NCBI RefSeq assembly: GCF_947568905.1
Contig: NC_079168.1
Location: 17,980,001-18,044,000 of the forward strand
Reading direction: 5' to 3'
DNA: 64,000 nucleotides
Source of the DNA: Ostrea edulis
Taxonomy: Eukaryota
The stretch's first letter is position 1. Each line of letters begins with the position of its first letter. The notes under the pieces are model-generated. The model was given only the letters and a program-made list of their open reading frames with translations. It did not search any database and was not told where the DNA came from. This document shows positions 1 through 13,955 of the stretch, piece by piece. The position numbers were made by a program, and so were the translations under genes.

Positions 1-306
1 TGGAAATGCACCACCTGTAAGTATCAAGCCTCCACACTCCGCAACTTTAATTTCCTGTCAACATTTTTCTTTATTTTGCATTTACAAATACAGTCCTGGG
101 GCTAGATATATGTATAGACAACATACTGTATAGTTAAGGGTATATTATTTAAATGATAAGGTACATTTTATATACACATTTATAGCATATAGGGGTATCA
201 TTGTGTAAACTGTGTACATGTGTCTAGCTTATCTAGGTGAACTAGATGGTATATTGTATACATAGGGACACGTATGGTGGTGTATAGCATGTGATAAGTG
301 TATATA

Positions 307-805
307 CAGTAAAATATCTCTATCTCGAAGTCCAAGGGACTTCGAAAAAACTTCGAGATATCCAGGGGTTCGAGATATCCGAATTCGATCTTGAATATTT
401 TTTTTAATGTAATGATGAAGCGTGTATTATCAAATGCGTTTTCGTAATTATGGGCATTACTTTTTTTCAAGCGTACTTCGACAATTTCGTTCGTTTATCT
501 AAACCACATGTTAATGATATAGCGTGTATCATTCAATTCACCGTCCCTGGAATCGGGCGTGTTAGTTCATAATTGGCGGTGGACTTAATCCGTAATGTGG
601 GAAGGCCTCACTAATTACCCAAGCTGTTGAACCAATGATTGCGACCTGGGTCTACTCGAAAAAGACGAGCGCGGATTAGCAGTCGATTGGTGGAGCCGCG
701 GGCGTGAATGTGGGACTTAACGACACCAGGTATGGTAAGCAGAGCGGAAAATTGACTGCACTTCGAGATAAACCAGGTGAATTTAGGGCATAGGACCTTG
801 AAAAT

Positions 806-837
<32 letters not shown>

Positions 838-961
838 GTGTTCGAAATATTCGAAGTTTTTAAAATCATTTATATAGGGAACACGGCCGCGACCAGCGGT
901 CGACTTCGACTCAAGCGGGGTATTCGAGATAAACCATATTCGAGATACAGATATTTCACTG
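307..961. mobile_element. Non-autonomous Tc1/mariner (pogo/Tigger-like) MITE
   Basis: 23-bp TIRs CAGTAAAATATCTCTATCTCGAA (307-329) and TTCGAGATACAGATATTTCACTG (939-961), 2 mismatches; TA on both flanks; internal TTCGAGATA repeats; no transposase ORF. Confidence 0.85.
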
Positions 962-1469
962 TATATGAAATAAAACAAGGGGAACCATAGGATAGATTTC
1001 GTGTATATCTATATGATACCTTCAGGGTTCGAACCGCGACACTTCATGTCTGCATACTTCTTAAAGCATGTCAGTGCTAATCATCATAAGTATGCCGGTG
1101 TGAAGCGTTGCTGTTCATACCCTCCTGTATTTTCAAAACTGAAATTTAATTGTTTTATTTACACTCTACTTTCATTTTTGTTGGAAGTCCCAGTCGTTAA
1201 AATAGACATACCATATTTATCAAGATTCATAGGTGCAAATGTCCACAACTGCAGAATATTCATGAGTAAATGGCTATCTTTACAATTTGTAAAGCTATCA
1301 AAGACAAAAACATTGGAAATTTAAATTATATATATGTGCATGTGTATAGCATGTTGGGAAACTATGGGTTATATTGTATGAGACTATGCACATGTATAAG
1401 ATATAAGGTACTGTAGGGCAAATATTGTATACATAGAGGAACTACATTATACTATATTCATTTGTGTCT

Positions 1470-1915
1470 AACATATAGGGGGCAACTAGGGGGTATAATG
1501 TGTACACATGTGTTTAATATATAGGGGACAACTAGGGGTATATTGTGTACACATGTGTCAAATATGTAGGGGACAATTAGGGGGTATACTGTGTACACAT
1601 GGGTTTAATATGTAGGGGGACAACTAGGGGGTATATTGTGTACACATCATCATGTGTCTAATATGTAGGAGGACAATTAGGGGTATATTGTGTACACATG
1701 TGTCTAACATAGAGGGACAACTAGGGGTATATTGTGTACACATGTGTCTAACATAGAGGGACAACTAGGGGTATATTGTGTACACATGTGTCTAACGTAT
1801 AAGGGGCAACTATGGGATATATTGTCATGTGTACACATGTATAACATGGAGGGGTACTATAGAGTACATTGTATGTGACTGTCTAACATACAGACAGACT
1901 AGATGGTATATTGTG
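1470..1915. repeat. Degenerate ~44-bp tandem repeat
   Basis: Repeated GGGACAACTAGGGGTATATTGTGTACACATGTGTCTAACAT units; 44-bp spacing between copies at 1711 and 1755. Confidence 0.85.
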
Positions 1916-2115
1916 CACATATATTTAGCCCCAGGACTACATATCACTGCATGCTGGCACAAAACTTAACAGCAAGTTTTCCCAAAATATGTTCCCAATG
2001 CCATTCCTAACTATACTTTATACTATGTACTAAAATACTGTATTATGATAATTTTTTTTTTTTTGGAAATACACATACATTTTAAAATGGTTTTACTAAC
2101 TAATTGTAGTTGCAT

Positions 2116-2818
2116 GTAAATAGATCTGTTAAGGCCATTACTGTAGGATGAGATAAATCTGTTAAGGCCATTACTGTAGGCCGAGATAAATCTGTTAAGG
2201 CCATTACTGTAGGCCGAGATAGATCTGTTAAGGCCATTACTGTAGGCTGAGATAGTTCTGTTAAGGTCATTACTGTAGACTGAGATAGGGCTGTTAAGGC
2301 CATTACTGTAGGATGAGATAAATCTGTTAAGGCCATTACTGTAGGCCGAGATAGATCTGTTAAGGTCATTACTGTAGGCTGAGATAAATCTGTTAAGGCC
2401 ATTACTGTAGGATGAGATAAATCTGTTAAGGCCATTACTGTAGACTGAGATAGATCTGTTAAGGCCATTACTGTAGGATGAGATAGTTCTGTTAAGGTCA
2501 TTACTGTAGGATGAGATAGTTCTGTTAAGGCCATTACTTTAGACTGAGATAAATCTGTTAAGGTCATTACTGTAGGCTGAGATAAATCTGTTAAGGCCAT
2601 TACTGTAGGATGAGATAAATCTGTTAAGGTCATTACTGTAGGCTGAGATAAATCTGTTAAGGCCATTACTGTAGGATGAGATAGTTCTGTTAAGGTCATT
2701 ACTGTAGGATGAGATAGTTCTGTTAAGGCCATTACTGTAGGCAGAGATGAATCTGTTAAGGCCATTACTGTAGGCTGAGATAGTTCTGTTAAGGTCATTA
2801 CCGTAGGCTGAGATAGTT
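2116..2818. repeat. 33-bp minisatellite, ~21 copies
   Basis: Unit GAGATAAATCTGTTAAGGCCATTACTGTAGGAT; produces the 11-aa-periodic ORF 2100..2798. Confidence 0.95.
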
Positions 2819-4134
2819 TTGACTTTACACCCTCATTGTCATTTTAAAAATGGACACATGAATGTAAAATGGCATTTTATAGCATAGGATAATTCAATAT
2901 AAGATAAAATCATATTTGCAAACGGCAAAGATAAACCTAAATATTCCAGATCCCAATAATGAATAATATATTCAATACTAATTTTAGGAATCAGTTTCAA
3001 AGCTAATATAGTGATTCCTCTCCAATGTCTTTTGACTATTTTTGTGTTCATATTACATTTATACAATTACTAAAATATTTCTAACTACATATGTAAATAT
3101 TTTAAAAATGACCAATGTCTAATAAAGGATTTTTAAACATTTGAAATATATTATTTACATGCCAATACCACTTACATGTAGAAGTCGTAGATTCACTAGA
3201 TTGTCTTCCATACTGCTCATGCAGTGCTAAGCAGAAAATGAAGTTTCAACATGGTCTATTTATCATTCCTTACAACAGAGTTGGAAGAGATGTATAGTAA
3301 CATAGTGGTGCATGTATGTGGTGCTTAAGATGTTTGAAACTGAATGCTTCCAAATACACACTGTAGAAAACATGATTCAAAGTAATAACTGGCTCACTTC
3401 AGCTGAAAGGTCGGTGATCTTCTTTGATCAAAACATGTCCATTGACTCAGTCAGAATGTCTGTCATCTTCACATGTGGGGCTTCTCCTTCAGAACCATTG
3501 CACCAATTTCATCCACACTTGGCATGAAGTATTATTCTTGGGGTAAATAGGATTCAAATTTTTTCAAATGAAGGACCATGTCCCCCTTCAACGAGAGATT
3601 ACTGGGATAGTGAAAATAGAAGATGTTTAAAAAAAATTCTCAAACAATACTAAACTATGCATGTGAATAATATGTACTGTAGGATCAAGGTGACTCAGGT
3701 GAGCAATGTGGCCTCTTGTTTTATTCAGAAATTGCATCATTTTTTGGGGTATAAGCTTAGAAACAATATATAAGAACACGTAACATCAAAACACAAAGAA
3801 CTTGTGTTGAATGAATTACTGTTTATTTTTTAGGTACTCTGACTGATAATTTCCGTATAAGTACATGTATAGTAATCAACAAACCTGTTGTTTAATTTGG
3901 AGGTGCATGTACATTGAAATATGTATTGGAAAAAAACCTTTATGATAGAGCACATAGACGTGGATTTATCTACATAAAGCATCATTTTTATGCCCTGGTC
4001 AGAATTGAATATTACAAGCTATCTTTCTTTTCATATGCCTGCCTTTTCATAACTCAAACATTCTCAGCAATAAGTTGTCAGCTAGACAAGATCGAGATCT
4101 CTTACATTTTAATCAAGAAAAGCTGGATGTTAGA

Positions 4135-4286
4135 TAAAGGTCAAATTGATATGTGTGATAAGGTCAAATTAATATGTGTGATAAGGTTAAATTAATATGT
4201 GTGATAGGGTCAAATTGATATGTGTGATAAGGTCAAATTTGATTTGTGTGATAGGGGCAAATAAATATGTGTGATAAGGTCAAATT
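4135..4286. repeat. 23-bp tandem repeat, ~6 copies
   Basis: Unit AGGTCAAATT(G/A)ATATGTGTGATA. Confidence 0.9.
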
Positions 4287-4702
4287 TTAAACTTTGCCAT
4301 AACTTTTTAATTAAAACAATATTTTATTCACAAGTAAGTGAATGGGATTGGGCAGCAGGCACAGCCTATTTTACTAACAAGATATATAGCCTTCAACAGT
4401 GTTCAATGTATGTTTTAGGCAATTATTGAAATGTCAGAATCAAAATTTTATTAGATATAAATCATATAAACAGCATGTTAACTCTGCCACGGAAGGACTC
4501 GGTCACAGACAAGTGGGCCATTCATGTTTAAATGACTTTTCTTGTTTAAATCTTTAAAGTTTGAAATTTCATTATGGCACTTTGATATATTTACCCAGTA
4601 AACATGATGAATGTTGTATTGTTCTTTTGCTTGACATTTGAACTTATAATGTGACTTTTGAGAGTATGAGTCCGTGATTCATTGATCCTGTTTCTGTTGC
4701 AG

Positions 4703-4961
4703 TCCTGGAATCGCTATTCTCCCTTACCTCAGCCTGGATTTGGAACTGGAAGTCTAAGTTCCTTGTCATCGGCAAGTTCCATAACTGATGTAAAGACAGT
4801 CATTGATGTTGATCCATATGATAAATTACCACCAGAATCCAAAAGAGTGGTTGACAGTGTGGTTGGTATGGGTTTTCCTAAGCCTCGCACAGCCAGGGCA
4901 GTAGAGACACTTGGTGCAGATGAAAAAGAGGTACAAGAAGGAACTGTTTTAATTTCTTAAC

Positions 4962-4995
<34 letters not shown>

Positions 4996-6691
4996 GTGCA
5001 TCTAATTATTGTTTACATAATATTTTGATAACTCAAACTATAATAAAATCACTCACAGATGATTGAAAAATTTATTATAAGAATTTGCTTTTAATTTTGA
5101 TAACTGTGGTTTCATTGATTTTCATGGTCATAAGATTTTGTGCTGTAACCAGGAATACAATTTTTATATGCCCGTCTTAAGACGGGACGTATTATGGTAT
5201 GGCGTTCATGTCCGTCCGTCTGTCTGTCCGTCTGTTAGCTTTTTCGTGTCCGACCCGTAACTTAAATACTACAAGGCCTAGAATCATCAAACTTTGTCTG
5301 TAGATACATCTTGGGTAGGAGGTGTGTCGCACATTAAAACCAGGTCACTGTGACTTTTCATTAAGAAGATATCCGTCTGTCCGTCCGTCTGTTAGCTTTT
5401 TCGTGTCCGACCCGTAACTTAAATACTACAAGGCCTAGAATCATCAAACTTGGTCTGTAGATACATCTTGGGTAGAAGGTGTGTCGCACATTAAAACCAG
5501 GTCACTGTGACTTTTCATTAAGAAGATATGGCCATATATGGCAAAAACTTGTCCGGCTCATAACTTGAAAACTATTAGACCTAGAATCACCAAAATTGGT
5601 CAACTAATGCATCTTAGGTAGAAGGTGTGTCGCATCCTACTTTAAGGTCACTGTGACATTTAATTAAATTGATATAAAAAAAAATGTTTTAATGGGTACA
5701 ATCTATACTGTTAACAATATGTGACGGGCGTATCATGTGCCGTGGCGGTGCACTTTATTGTTAATATATTAATAATTTGTGGAGAGCTGCCAATATAAAA
5801 ATTGTATTTCATTGATTATTTAATTTCATGGTCTTGTTCAACCACAGAAACAACAGAAATTATGATAGGTTTTCAATAAATAATGATTAATCTGCAGTAT
5901 GAGCATTATGCTGGTTTTCACCGTGTAAAACTGCTGACTAGGTACTTTGATTTTACTAGGTGATTGACTATCTCTGTGTTGTTGGGAAACTTATCGACAA
6001 GGGACATGAAGCCTACCGTGTAGAAGAGGCTCTTAATCTGTTCAAAAACAACCAGGAAAAGGTTTGTAACTCAAATTTGATTTTAAAAAATTGTTTATGT
6101 AATATTTCAATGCAGACACCCAGTATATGTACATTGAGTACCAGGCGTTTGTGACACCTGTGTTTAAGTGCAGGGCCGCGTTCAAGATCGTAGCGGCTAG
6201 CCTAGGGGCTAGGTATGGTGGCTGGTTTGTGCCATTTTGCAATGTGTTGTTTTTTTTTGTTATTTTGAGGCGAAAAGTACCTAATATTATAATTTTGTCG
6301 ACTTTTAGTGATTTTAGGATGAAAAGTAGCTAAATATCATTTTGTTGTCTTTTCGCCTTGAAATAACAAATAGACGATAAAGTGTAAAATGGTACAAATC
6401 AGCCACCATACCTAGCCACTAGTCTAGTGGCTATGATCTTGAACGCAGCCCAGACATACATGAATGGCTTCTTGCCATGCTATCTGTCTGTTGGTAGGAA
6501 TCATTAAAAACATTTGACAGATAGATGATTATGATGATAAAGATGGTGATGATGATTTATTTCAGAGTGAGAGGTTCCTGGCTTTGTTCAAGCAGTTTCA
6601 AGAGCTGGGGTTCAGTGATCTCAGAATCAAAGCAGAACTTGTGAAGAATGATCTGGACAGTGATAAGACACTGGATTCCCTCACAGCCTGA
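4703..6691 (+). CDS. UBAP1: Ubiquitin-associated protein 1 (ESCRT-I subunit), last three coding exons encoding the SOUBA domain; upstream exons not found in the window
   Basis: Exons 4703-4930, 5960-6061 and 6566-6691 (TGA), all phase 0 with GT-AG. Joined peptide ...PESKRVVDSVVGMGFPKPRTARAVETLGADEKE|VIDYLCVVGKLIDKGHEAYRVEEALNLFKNNQEK|SERFLALFKQFQELGFSDLRIKAELVKNDLDSDKTLDSLTA* follows the three overlapping UBA repeats of UBAP1. Confidence 0.88.
4965..4992. repeat. (TA)n microsatellite
   Basis: About 14 TA units just inside the intron. Confidence 0.95.
5161..5762 (+). mobile_element. Non-autonomous Helentron-associated (HINE/DINE-like) element in a UBAP1 intron
   Basis: 5' TTTTTATATGCCCGTC and 3' GACGGGCGTAT subterminal inverted repeats, (GTCC/GTCT)n microsatellite, internally duplicated core, 3' hairpin GTGCCGTGGCGGTGCAC, T-rich ends. 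Confidence 0.8.
6174..6450. mobile_element. PIF/Harbinger-like MITE in the last UBAP1 intron
   Basis: ~70-bp TIRs (GGCCGCGTTCAAGATC...GATCTTGAACGCAGCC) and 3-bp CAG duplication at 6171-6173 and 6451-6453. Superfamily inferred from TSD length and GG termini. Confidence 0.75.
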
Positions 6692-9600
6692 GCAGTAGAG
6701 AGCTCGCTAGAGAACAACCGGCGGCCATGTTCATGGGATAGCTATTGTAACCTCTCTACCAACAGATTACTCTCTGTCGTCTTGCCAGATGATAAAGTAA
6801 TTTGTATGACTGTCTAACAAAAGTCATTGTTATTCTTGGACGGGTACAGGGTTTCTGATATATTCACACTGTAACAAGGGATTGTTTGCTAAACAGAACC
6901 GTCACATTGGAATCAGGTTATTTAATATTTACTGATGGTCAAATATAGCATGTATTTCTTGTATTATTGATTTATTTGATGAGTGCAATGATTATTTTTA
7001 ATTACATGTACCTTGATTTGTTATGAACATGGAAGTTACCTGTTATGTTTTTACGCATTTTAGTAAATATGTATAGAGTTAAGTTATTGACCAGACAAAA
7101 AACATTAACAGTATTTTCCATTAGGACAAGTTCTATTTTATTATTTTATTACTGTGAAAGTGATCAACCTCAGTAGTATTACATGAAAACACAATTGCAT
7201 GGTTTTGAAAGGAAGTTATGTTTTGCATATGAACACATTTATTTTAGTATTTTTCCTTTAAAAAAAAAGATTTTTTTTTTGCAAATGAACAAAATTCCAT
7301 ATTTTGATCTTTTACATTAACTATCATTTATCATTAATTGTTATCAAAGCAGTTTGCCTTAAGGATGTGTTCACAATTTTTATTTATTCAGTTGCCATAT
7401 ATTAAACTACTAACACATGTACATATATTTTGTAAACAATGCTAAATTGGATTCACTAAATTACAAAATTGGCTTTACAAAACTTCCTGTTATGGAAAAT
7501 GGAAAATACAAGGGTTTAGCTAAATGCCTCCTCCCACCATTATCAATAACAGTGGAAGTAGGTTTTGTGGGTTTTTTGTTTGATTGGTTTTTCTGTGAGT
7601 TATAAATCACCTTAGTAGTACTGTGGTGACCTATTGGGATTCATACCTGTCAGTTGTGGGATGTGTCATTTTGATTTCCTCATTTCCCCTCTTCCCCTTC
7701 CTGCAATCTTTAAGAAGGGTGCTACAAAATGGGCATCCCCTAGCAACACGGCATACATAAATGTGTTAAGACCTTGTCCTAAAACCAATCAAAACTCATA
7801 CTGTAGTGTAAGACAGCATCTGTACAAGTAAAGTTCTATATACATGTATATTAAGTACACTTGAAGTTATGCACCATGAAAAGTACCATTCAGTTCAATT
7901 TTATGAAGGCAGTGAACAAAATCATTATTTCTTGTACAGATTTTCTCTTGAGTGACCTTCACCATATGTCATTGTCCTTGAAAACCAGTAGAGGCAGAGA
8001 TCTTCTTGTCAAATCATTACTGAAAGTTGACAATTAGGTTAGAAATGTACATGTAACTTAAATCTTGTACACAAGAAATATTTGACTTTTCCTGACTGAC
8101 TTTTTGGTTTTGACCTTGAAAATGAATAGGATTCAAGACCTTTATACTAAGTACAATTCCTACAAGTTTGATAAATGTGGCTTTAATCTTAAACCCTCAC
8201 ATTTTTCTTTCCAGTGACCTTGGCCTTTTTATATATATGACCTAGACAATGAACAGATCCAAGATCATTTGTGCAGTTCTGATAAAAATCAATGGAAAAA
8301 TATGGTCAAATTATTGTACACAACACCAAACCAACAACCACTTAATAGAAGACTTGAACACAGAAGCAACTTATGATATGTACATGTATATTTCCCAGAC
8401 AACTTTATAGTGAAGGGAGGAAATCCTTTTTACCTCTAAATATCTAGCTCATAAACTGGGTCTGTATAGTTATAATAAGTATGGAGGCCTCTACTGTGGA
8501 ATTCAGGGTCTCTCGATCAAGGGTTCATAACCCAGGATATGGTGCAGTATAGATTGTGTGTAAAAAGTGCGTTAAATCATTAAATCTTGTCTCTTTACTC
8601 CTGAAAATCTTGATCCAGCACATAAACTCGATACATACACATACTCCTGAAGGGTGTAGGTCATTCAAGGTCATTAGTAAAAAGGATAGAAATATTTGTG
8701 TGCACTATAACTCTGTAATTGTGACTCATTAATAATGTAGCTAAACTTGACACGGAGGATGCTTTTTACCAAACTGGGTTTTTTTTTATCCTTAAGCCAA
8801 CTTTACCATAACATTATCATGTGAGTTTTCTGTGTGGGATACTCAGATGTTTAGACACTACATTTCTAGCTTAAGCAAGTACAGAATAATTTTATCCAAA
8901 CCCGATGATAGTTTTCTAATTTGCTCAGTTTAATGGTACAGCATAATTTTCACCATAATATAATTTTCTAATTTGCTCAGTTCATTTGTCTCACTTTGGC
9001 ATAATTCTAGCTATGCTATTGGATTAGTAATGGTTGGAAAAATTAGGCTGTTTTTTAATATGTCTTTAAAGAACTCCTTTGAAAAATTATTGCACAGTAT
9101 GAAACTTAGAATTTATCATACAGGCTCTTTTTTTTCCAGACTTGTAGAAATTATGTATGCAAAGGTGCAGAATTTTTGAAAACAGATGTATGAAAAACTG
9201 AAATGATATCTTAGTGTGTTGGAGGTACCGGTACTAGATCAAACGAATAAATGTGAGGTGTCATTACGTACGTGTATGGATGTTCAAAGAAACTGATATT
9301 GTACTTTATCCAAATTTCTGTGATAATCGATACCTTTTCTCATACTATGGAGACAATATATATTTATTGTACATGTACCTAGAATTGTGGAAAACATTTT
9401 GGCAGTTGAACATTTTACAGACATGACTAATTTACAAGACCAGCTTCATTGAACATTTAATTTACCTAGTGTCCAAATGAATACTCGTGCTTCTGGAGGA
9501 TTTGACAACCATGTTCCAAAGTAGACATTGCTCAATTAATGAGTGCACAGTCAATGTCGGACATTTGAACAGAAATTTCTAGTGTTTCTGTCTCAAGTAC

Positions 9601-11572
9601 AAAGCCTATGCATGTCATAATTACCAACAAGTCTGCCAGTTTTCCACCATTCTGACGTACCATATTATATACATTGTGTTTCACATCTGACATATCAGTG
9701 CTCAGTTTTGTATTTGTTTTATTTAATGGAAAACAAATGTATTGTTCATATTGATGTGCATTGTTTTCTCCCCGACTTCACTTGTAATGCCAGTTTGTTC
9801 GCCATAAATCCATAATCATCATTTTTCTGTGAAAGCCTTGCTTTTTAGCACTTCATTATTGTAAATTCTGTTGTTATTTCTGAGATAAGTTTCATAAACA
9901 ATTGTGTTAAATGTGTATTCATATACATGTGTGTACATCCTTTGAAGAAAGATTAAAGTCAGTTTCATTCTAAGAAATTTATCTTGTATCAGTCAGATGG
10001 CTGGAGTATTGAGGCATTATTCTGCTTTTTGATTAGTAAAATTGTTTGGATTTGTAACATGTTAATTTTCATTCTGTGTGCCTTGGGTTGCCACTGCAAC
10101 ATGTTTTTTTTATGCAAGATGACAGTTGCTGCAATGCAGTTTGACAATCTGTAGCCTTGTGTTGTTTATTAGAAGATTTGAAATGATTTAATATATATAA
10201 GTTTCTGTATAAAAGTTTAAACCCCTGTTGTATCGAAATCCTAACCCCCGGGGCTCAAGACTTGAATCAATTTTAAATCTGCATTACATACAGATGCATG
10301 CAAAACTTCGAACCTATATTGCAGCTGTATCATGACCAAAGGGGTCATGATTTTAATAAACTGTTATAGACATTATGCTAGTAAGCTATCATACAAGCTT
10401 TATTACTCCTGATCCAATGGTTCTTGAGTGGAAGATTTTCAAATGACCCCACTCTATTTTCAGTAGTTACCAATTACATACATGTATCTCCCTTTGAGAG
10501 AGGTTGTGGCCCCTCATTTTGGCCCAATGATTCATAGGATGCTGAACATGTGAAAAGATATCACAACTGACAAATGGAAAAGCTCATTTACACTGTCGTT
10601 CATGTGTGCTAAAAATGATAATGCGTTTTAGTAGTAAATAAAACTAGAATTTATAATTCATTTTACAGAACAATGTACATGAATCGGCAGAGTTGTGTAA
10701 AATGAGATTACAGTAAAATTACTGCTTCGTGCTTGTTTACTGTATGAACGTAGTACATGCATCAGTACTTAGTCAGTTGAACTGATCAAAGTGTTTAGCA
10801 GTTCATCTTGGATTAATATTATACTGACTGAAAATTGCTTACTGATTTTTTATTTTTACTAGAATCTTGTACCATTTATTATTGTAGACATTTGCTTCTT
10901 TAAATTTTTCCCGTTGAACAGCACACATTCATGCATTGTTAAAACTGGAACTACACTGCTGGTCGTGTTCAGTTAAATCTGCAAGCTAGAGTTCATGTTG
11001 ATGCATTCCGAACTAGATATGTTTGAAGCTTAATCAGATTTTGTAGTCATGGGTACCATGTTTTATCTCCTGTGTGTATCTCAGAAATCGGCATTTCGTA
11101 ACTGTTGTGTTGCATTGATTTAATGGAATTGTAATGCGCAGTGACGATTTCATGAACATTGTTATGTTTTGTAGCTCTAGTGTACTGAGATTAAAAAAAT
11201 AGAAATCTCCCAGCATTTAGTTTTCAGTCTCTGAAATACTGTGTTGCAGTCATTCAATGTATTTCCAAAATCAATGCAGAAAGGACTGGCCAGTTTGACC
11301 TCCTGCCAGTATTATGAGGAATACAGAGTCCTAATTAAAAATGGAGTCCATTGAGGAATTATATATATTTTGATATTTCCTATAATCTAAAAATGTGGGT
11401 ATAATGATGTAGGTTAATTAAAGCATCAACCTGAACTTATCAATTAACATATCAACATGAACTTAACTAATAAATGTATCACCTGGACTCGCCAACGAAT
11501 GCTTTGATCTGAACTTACTAATCAATGCTTCAACCTGAACTTACCATCACTCCGAACTTGCCAATTAATGTA

Positions 11573-11778
11573 TCACTCTGAACTTAACAATTAGTGTATC
11601 ACTCCGAACTTACCAATCAGTGTATCACTCTGAACTTACCAATTAGTGAATCACTCTGAACTTACCAATCAGTGTATCACTCTGAACTTACCAATTAGTG
11701 AATCACTCTGAACTTACCAATCACTGTATCACTCTGAACTTACCAATCAGTGTATCACTCTGAACTTACCAATTAGTG
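11573..11778. repeat. 26-bp minisatellite, ~8 copies
   Basis: Unit TCACTCTGAACTTACCAATCAGTGTA; degenerate copies extend upstream to ~11430. Confidence 0.92.
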
Positions 11779-12829
11779 CAACATCTCACCCTGAACATTA
11801 AAATAATAGTGTATGTAGTTGAGGGTTTTTAACTTGAGAAACACATTGTCAACCGAGTTACAGCTGAAGTTGACAATGGTTTTCGAGGGTAAAAAGTTTT
11901 CATTGTTTTTATCTTCAATTATGATGCAGTACATATATTTGTTTCATCATACCAAATGTCATGCATTCATTGCAGATAGATAACAGCATGAAAATTTACA
12001 ACCACTTCCTTTTCTAAATTGGAGTCAACTTGATAAAATTTACTCGGTGTTATGAAGTTCACAACATTACTTTCTGCGAAAGTTAAATGCATCTACGAGT
12101 GTCTTTAAAGCAACTGTTTTCATTCAACATATTATTGTAATGCATTACAGACAATGTCGATTTAAAAGCTCATATGTATGAAACCGAGATCCTAATCAAC
12201 ATAAACTCAAATTGAAGATATCATCAATTCTTTTGATGCGTGCAATGATTCATTTACAGTTCTCTTCAAATCAAAATTACTGAGCATATTAATTGAATTT
12301 TGAAAGCATTAATAATTCTGCTGAATTGATGAGCACGGCAATTGAATTGTTCCTCTCTTCAAATGAACTGATGATACATATGTACTAGCTATTGAGTTGA
12401 TGTGCACAATAATTCAATTAATCTGCAGATCAATTCAATTAATGCACACACAATAATTGAATCATTGTTCTCTTCAATTAATTTACTGCATGCATCAATT
12501 TAATGTGTGTGTCAATTCAATGCACATAATGAATCATTGCCCTCTTCAATTGAATTAATGATATCATTAATTTAATTGGTGCATGCAATAATTCTTATAG
12601 AGCGAGTCATTATTTAATAAGAGATATCTTCAATTCTACATATCCACAAATGAATTTACGATCTCTTTAATTGAAATGTTGCTCTCTTTAAAAGAAGAGA
12701 TGTGCGCATTAATTCCTGATACAAAATTGAAAGATAACTTCAATTTTATTAAAGAGATCATGTATACCAAACTCCAAATTAAATTTTAGGAGATTGTAGG
12801 TGATTCAATCCCATCCATTGTCCTTTTAA

Positions 12830-13142
12830 GGAGGTATGCTACACCAGAGAAATTTGATATAGATGAAAAGTGTAGGATATGTACAACAATATTTTGAAAT
12901 TGAAAATTTTCAAATTTACTTTTAGTCAAAACATGCAGTTTTAGTCAAAAGCAATTCGAAAAAAATTTAACCCATGCTGGACTCAAACCCGCGACCTACA
13001 ATTCAGCAGTCGATATGCTAACCTACTAAGCCACTCAGCTAGACGTTAACTTTTTAAATGAATGGACAAATATTGCCAATATTCATATTTTCATCCATGT
13101 TTTAAAAGGAAGTCAGCCATTATGACAATGTAAAGTACCTCC
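12830..13142. mobile_element. Kolobok-like MITE with an internal tRNA-like segment
   Basis: TTAA|GGAGGTA...TACCTCC|TTAA. Minus-strand A-box-like and B-box-like motifs at 12976-13039. Related partial copies at ~23865 and ~37340-37640. Confidence 0.7.
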
Positions 13143-13486
13143 TTAAGAAATTTATACCAGTCTGTGCATTTTGTCAATTGTTTCACTTGTGATATTTCAA
13201 TCATTATTTATATGAACTGATTGCACAAATGCTACATTTGACACGTGTAAAATTGAATGTCATTCATTCCACAGCTAATACTCAGAAAACGATGCGTAAC
13301 TGCACTCACTGGCATTTCACATGTTAATTCTTTGAAATCAAATGTCATTCTTTCCAAAATTTTATTTCTAAATACAATGCATTTCAACACATCTGCAATT
13401 AAACTATCAAAACGTATCTAAAAATACAAATATGATGACTACTTTACAATATGCATAATAATAAACACTGTCCGGAATTTATGTTG

Positions 13487-13821
13487 AAAATTTTGAATTC
13501 AGTCCATCTCAAAGCTATTTTACAGGCTTAAATCACTGATTCAATGCAAAAATTATTTTGAAGAATTTCAGTAGTAAAATTTGAATTCAGTCCATCTCAA
13601 AGTTATTTCACAGGCTTAAATCACTGATTCAATGCAAAAATTATTTTGAAGAATTTCAGTAGTAAAATTTGAATTCAGTCCATCTCAAAGTTATTTCACA
13701 GGCTTAAATCACTGATTCAATGCAAAAATTATTTTGAAGAATTTCAGTTGTAAAATTTGAATTCAGTCCATTTCAAAGTTATTTCACAGGCTTAAATCAC
13801 TGATTCAATGCAAAAATTATT
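13487..13821. repeat. 88-bp tandem repeat, ~3.8 near-identical copies
   Basis: AGTCCATCTCAAAG recurs at 13501, 13589 and 13677, an 88-bp period. Confidence 0.95.
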
Positions 13822-13955
13822 ACAAAGTAGAAGTCCTACAGTTTATAAAAAAATATGTGTACAGTACATCTTGAAAACTACATGTACATGGAAAGCAAAT
13901 GGAGCGTTTCTCTCCATTGGATTCAACTTCCTCATTACTGAATGAAGTGTCTGAT

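Noticed and set aside
2100-2798. 232-aa ORF of 11-aa repeats
   Set aside because: It is the stop-free frame of a 33-bp minisatellite, antisense in what is probably a UBAP1 intron, with no splice or promoter support.
2116-2818. CRISPR-like appearance of this and the other minisatellites (11573, 43565, 63106)
   Set aside because: Units are contiguous with no unique spacers, there are no cas genes, and the context is eukaryotic.
12976-13039. Functional tRNA gene
   Set aside because: No complete acceptor stem or clear anticodon arm; it lies inside a repeated MITE.
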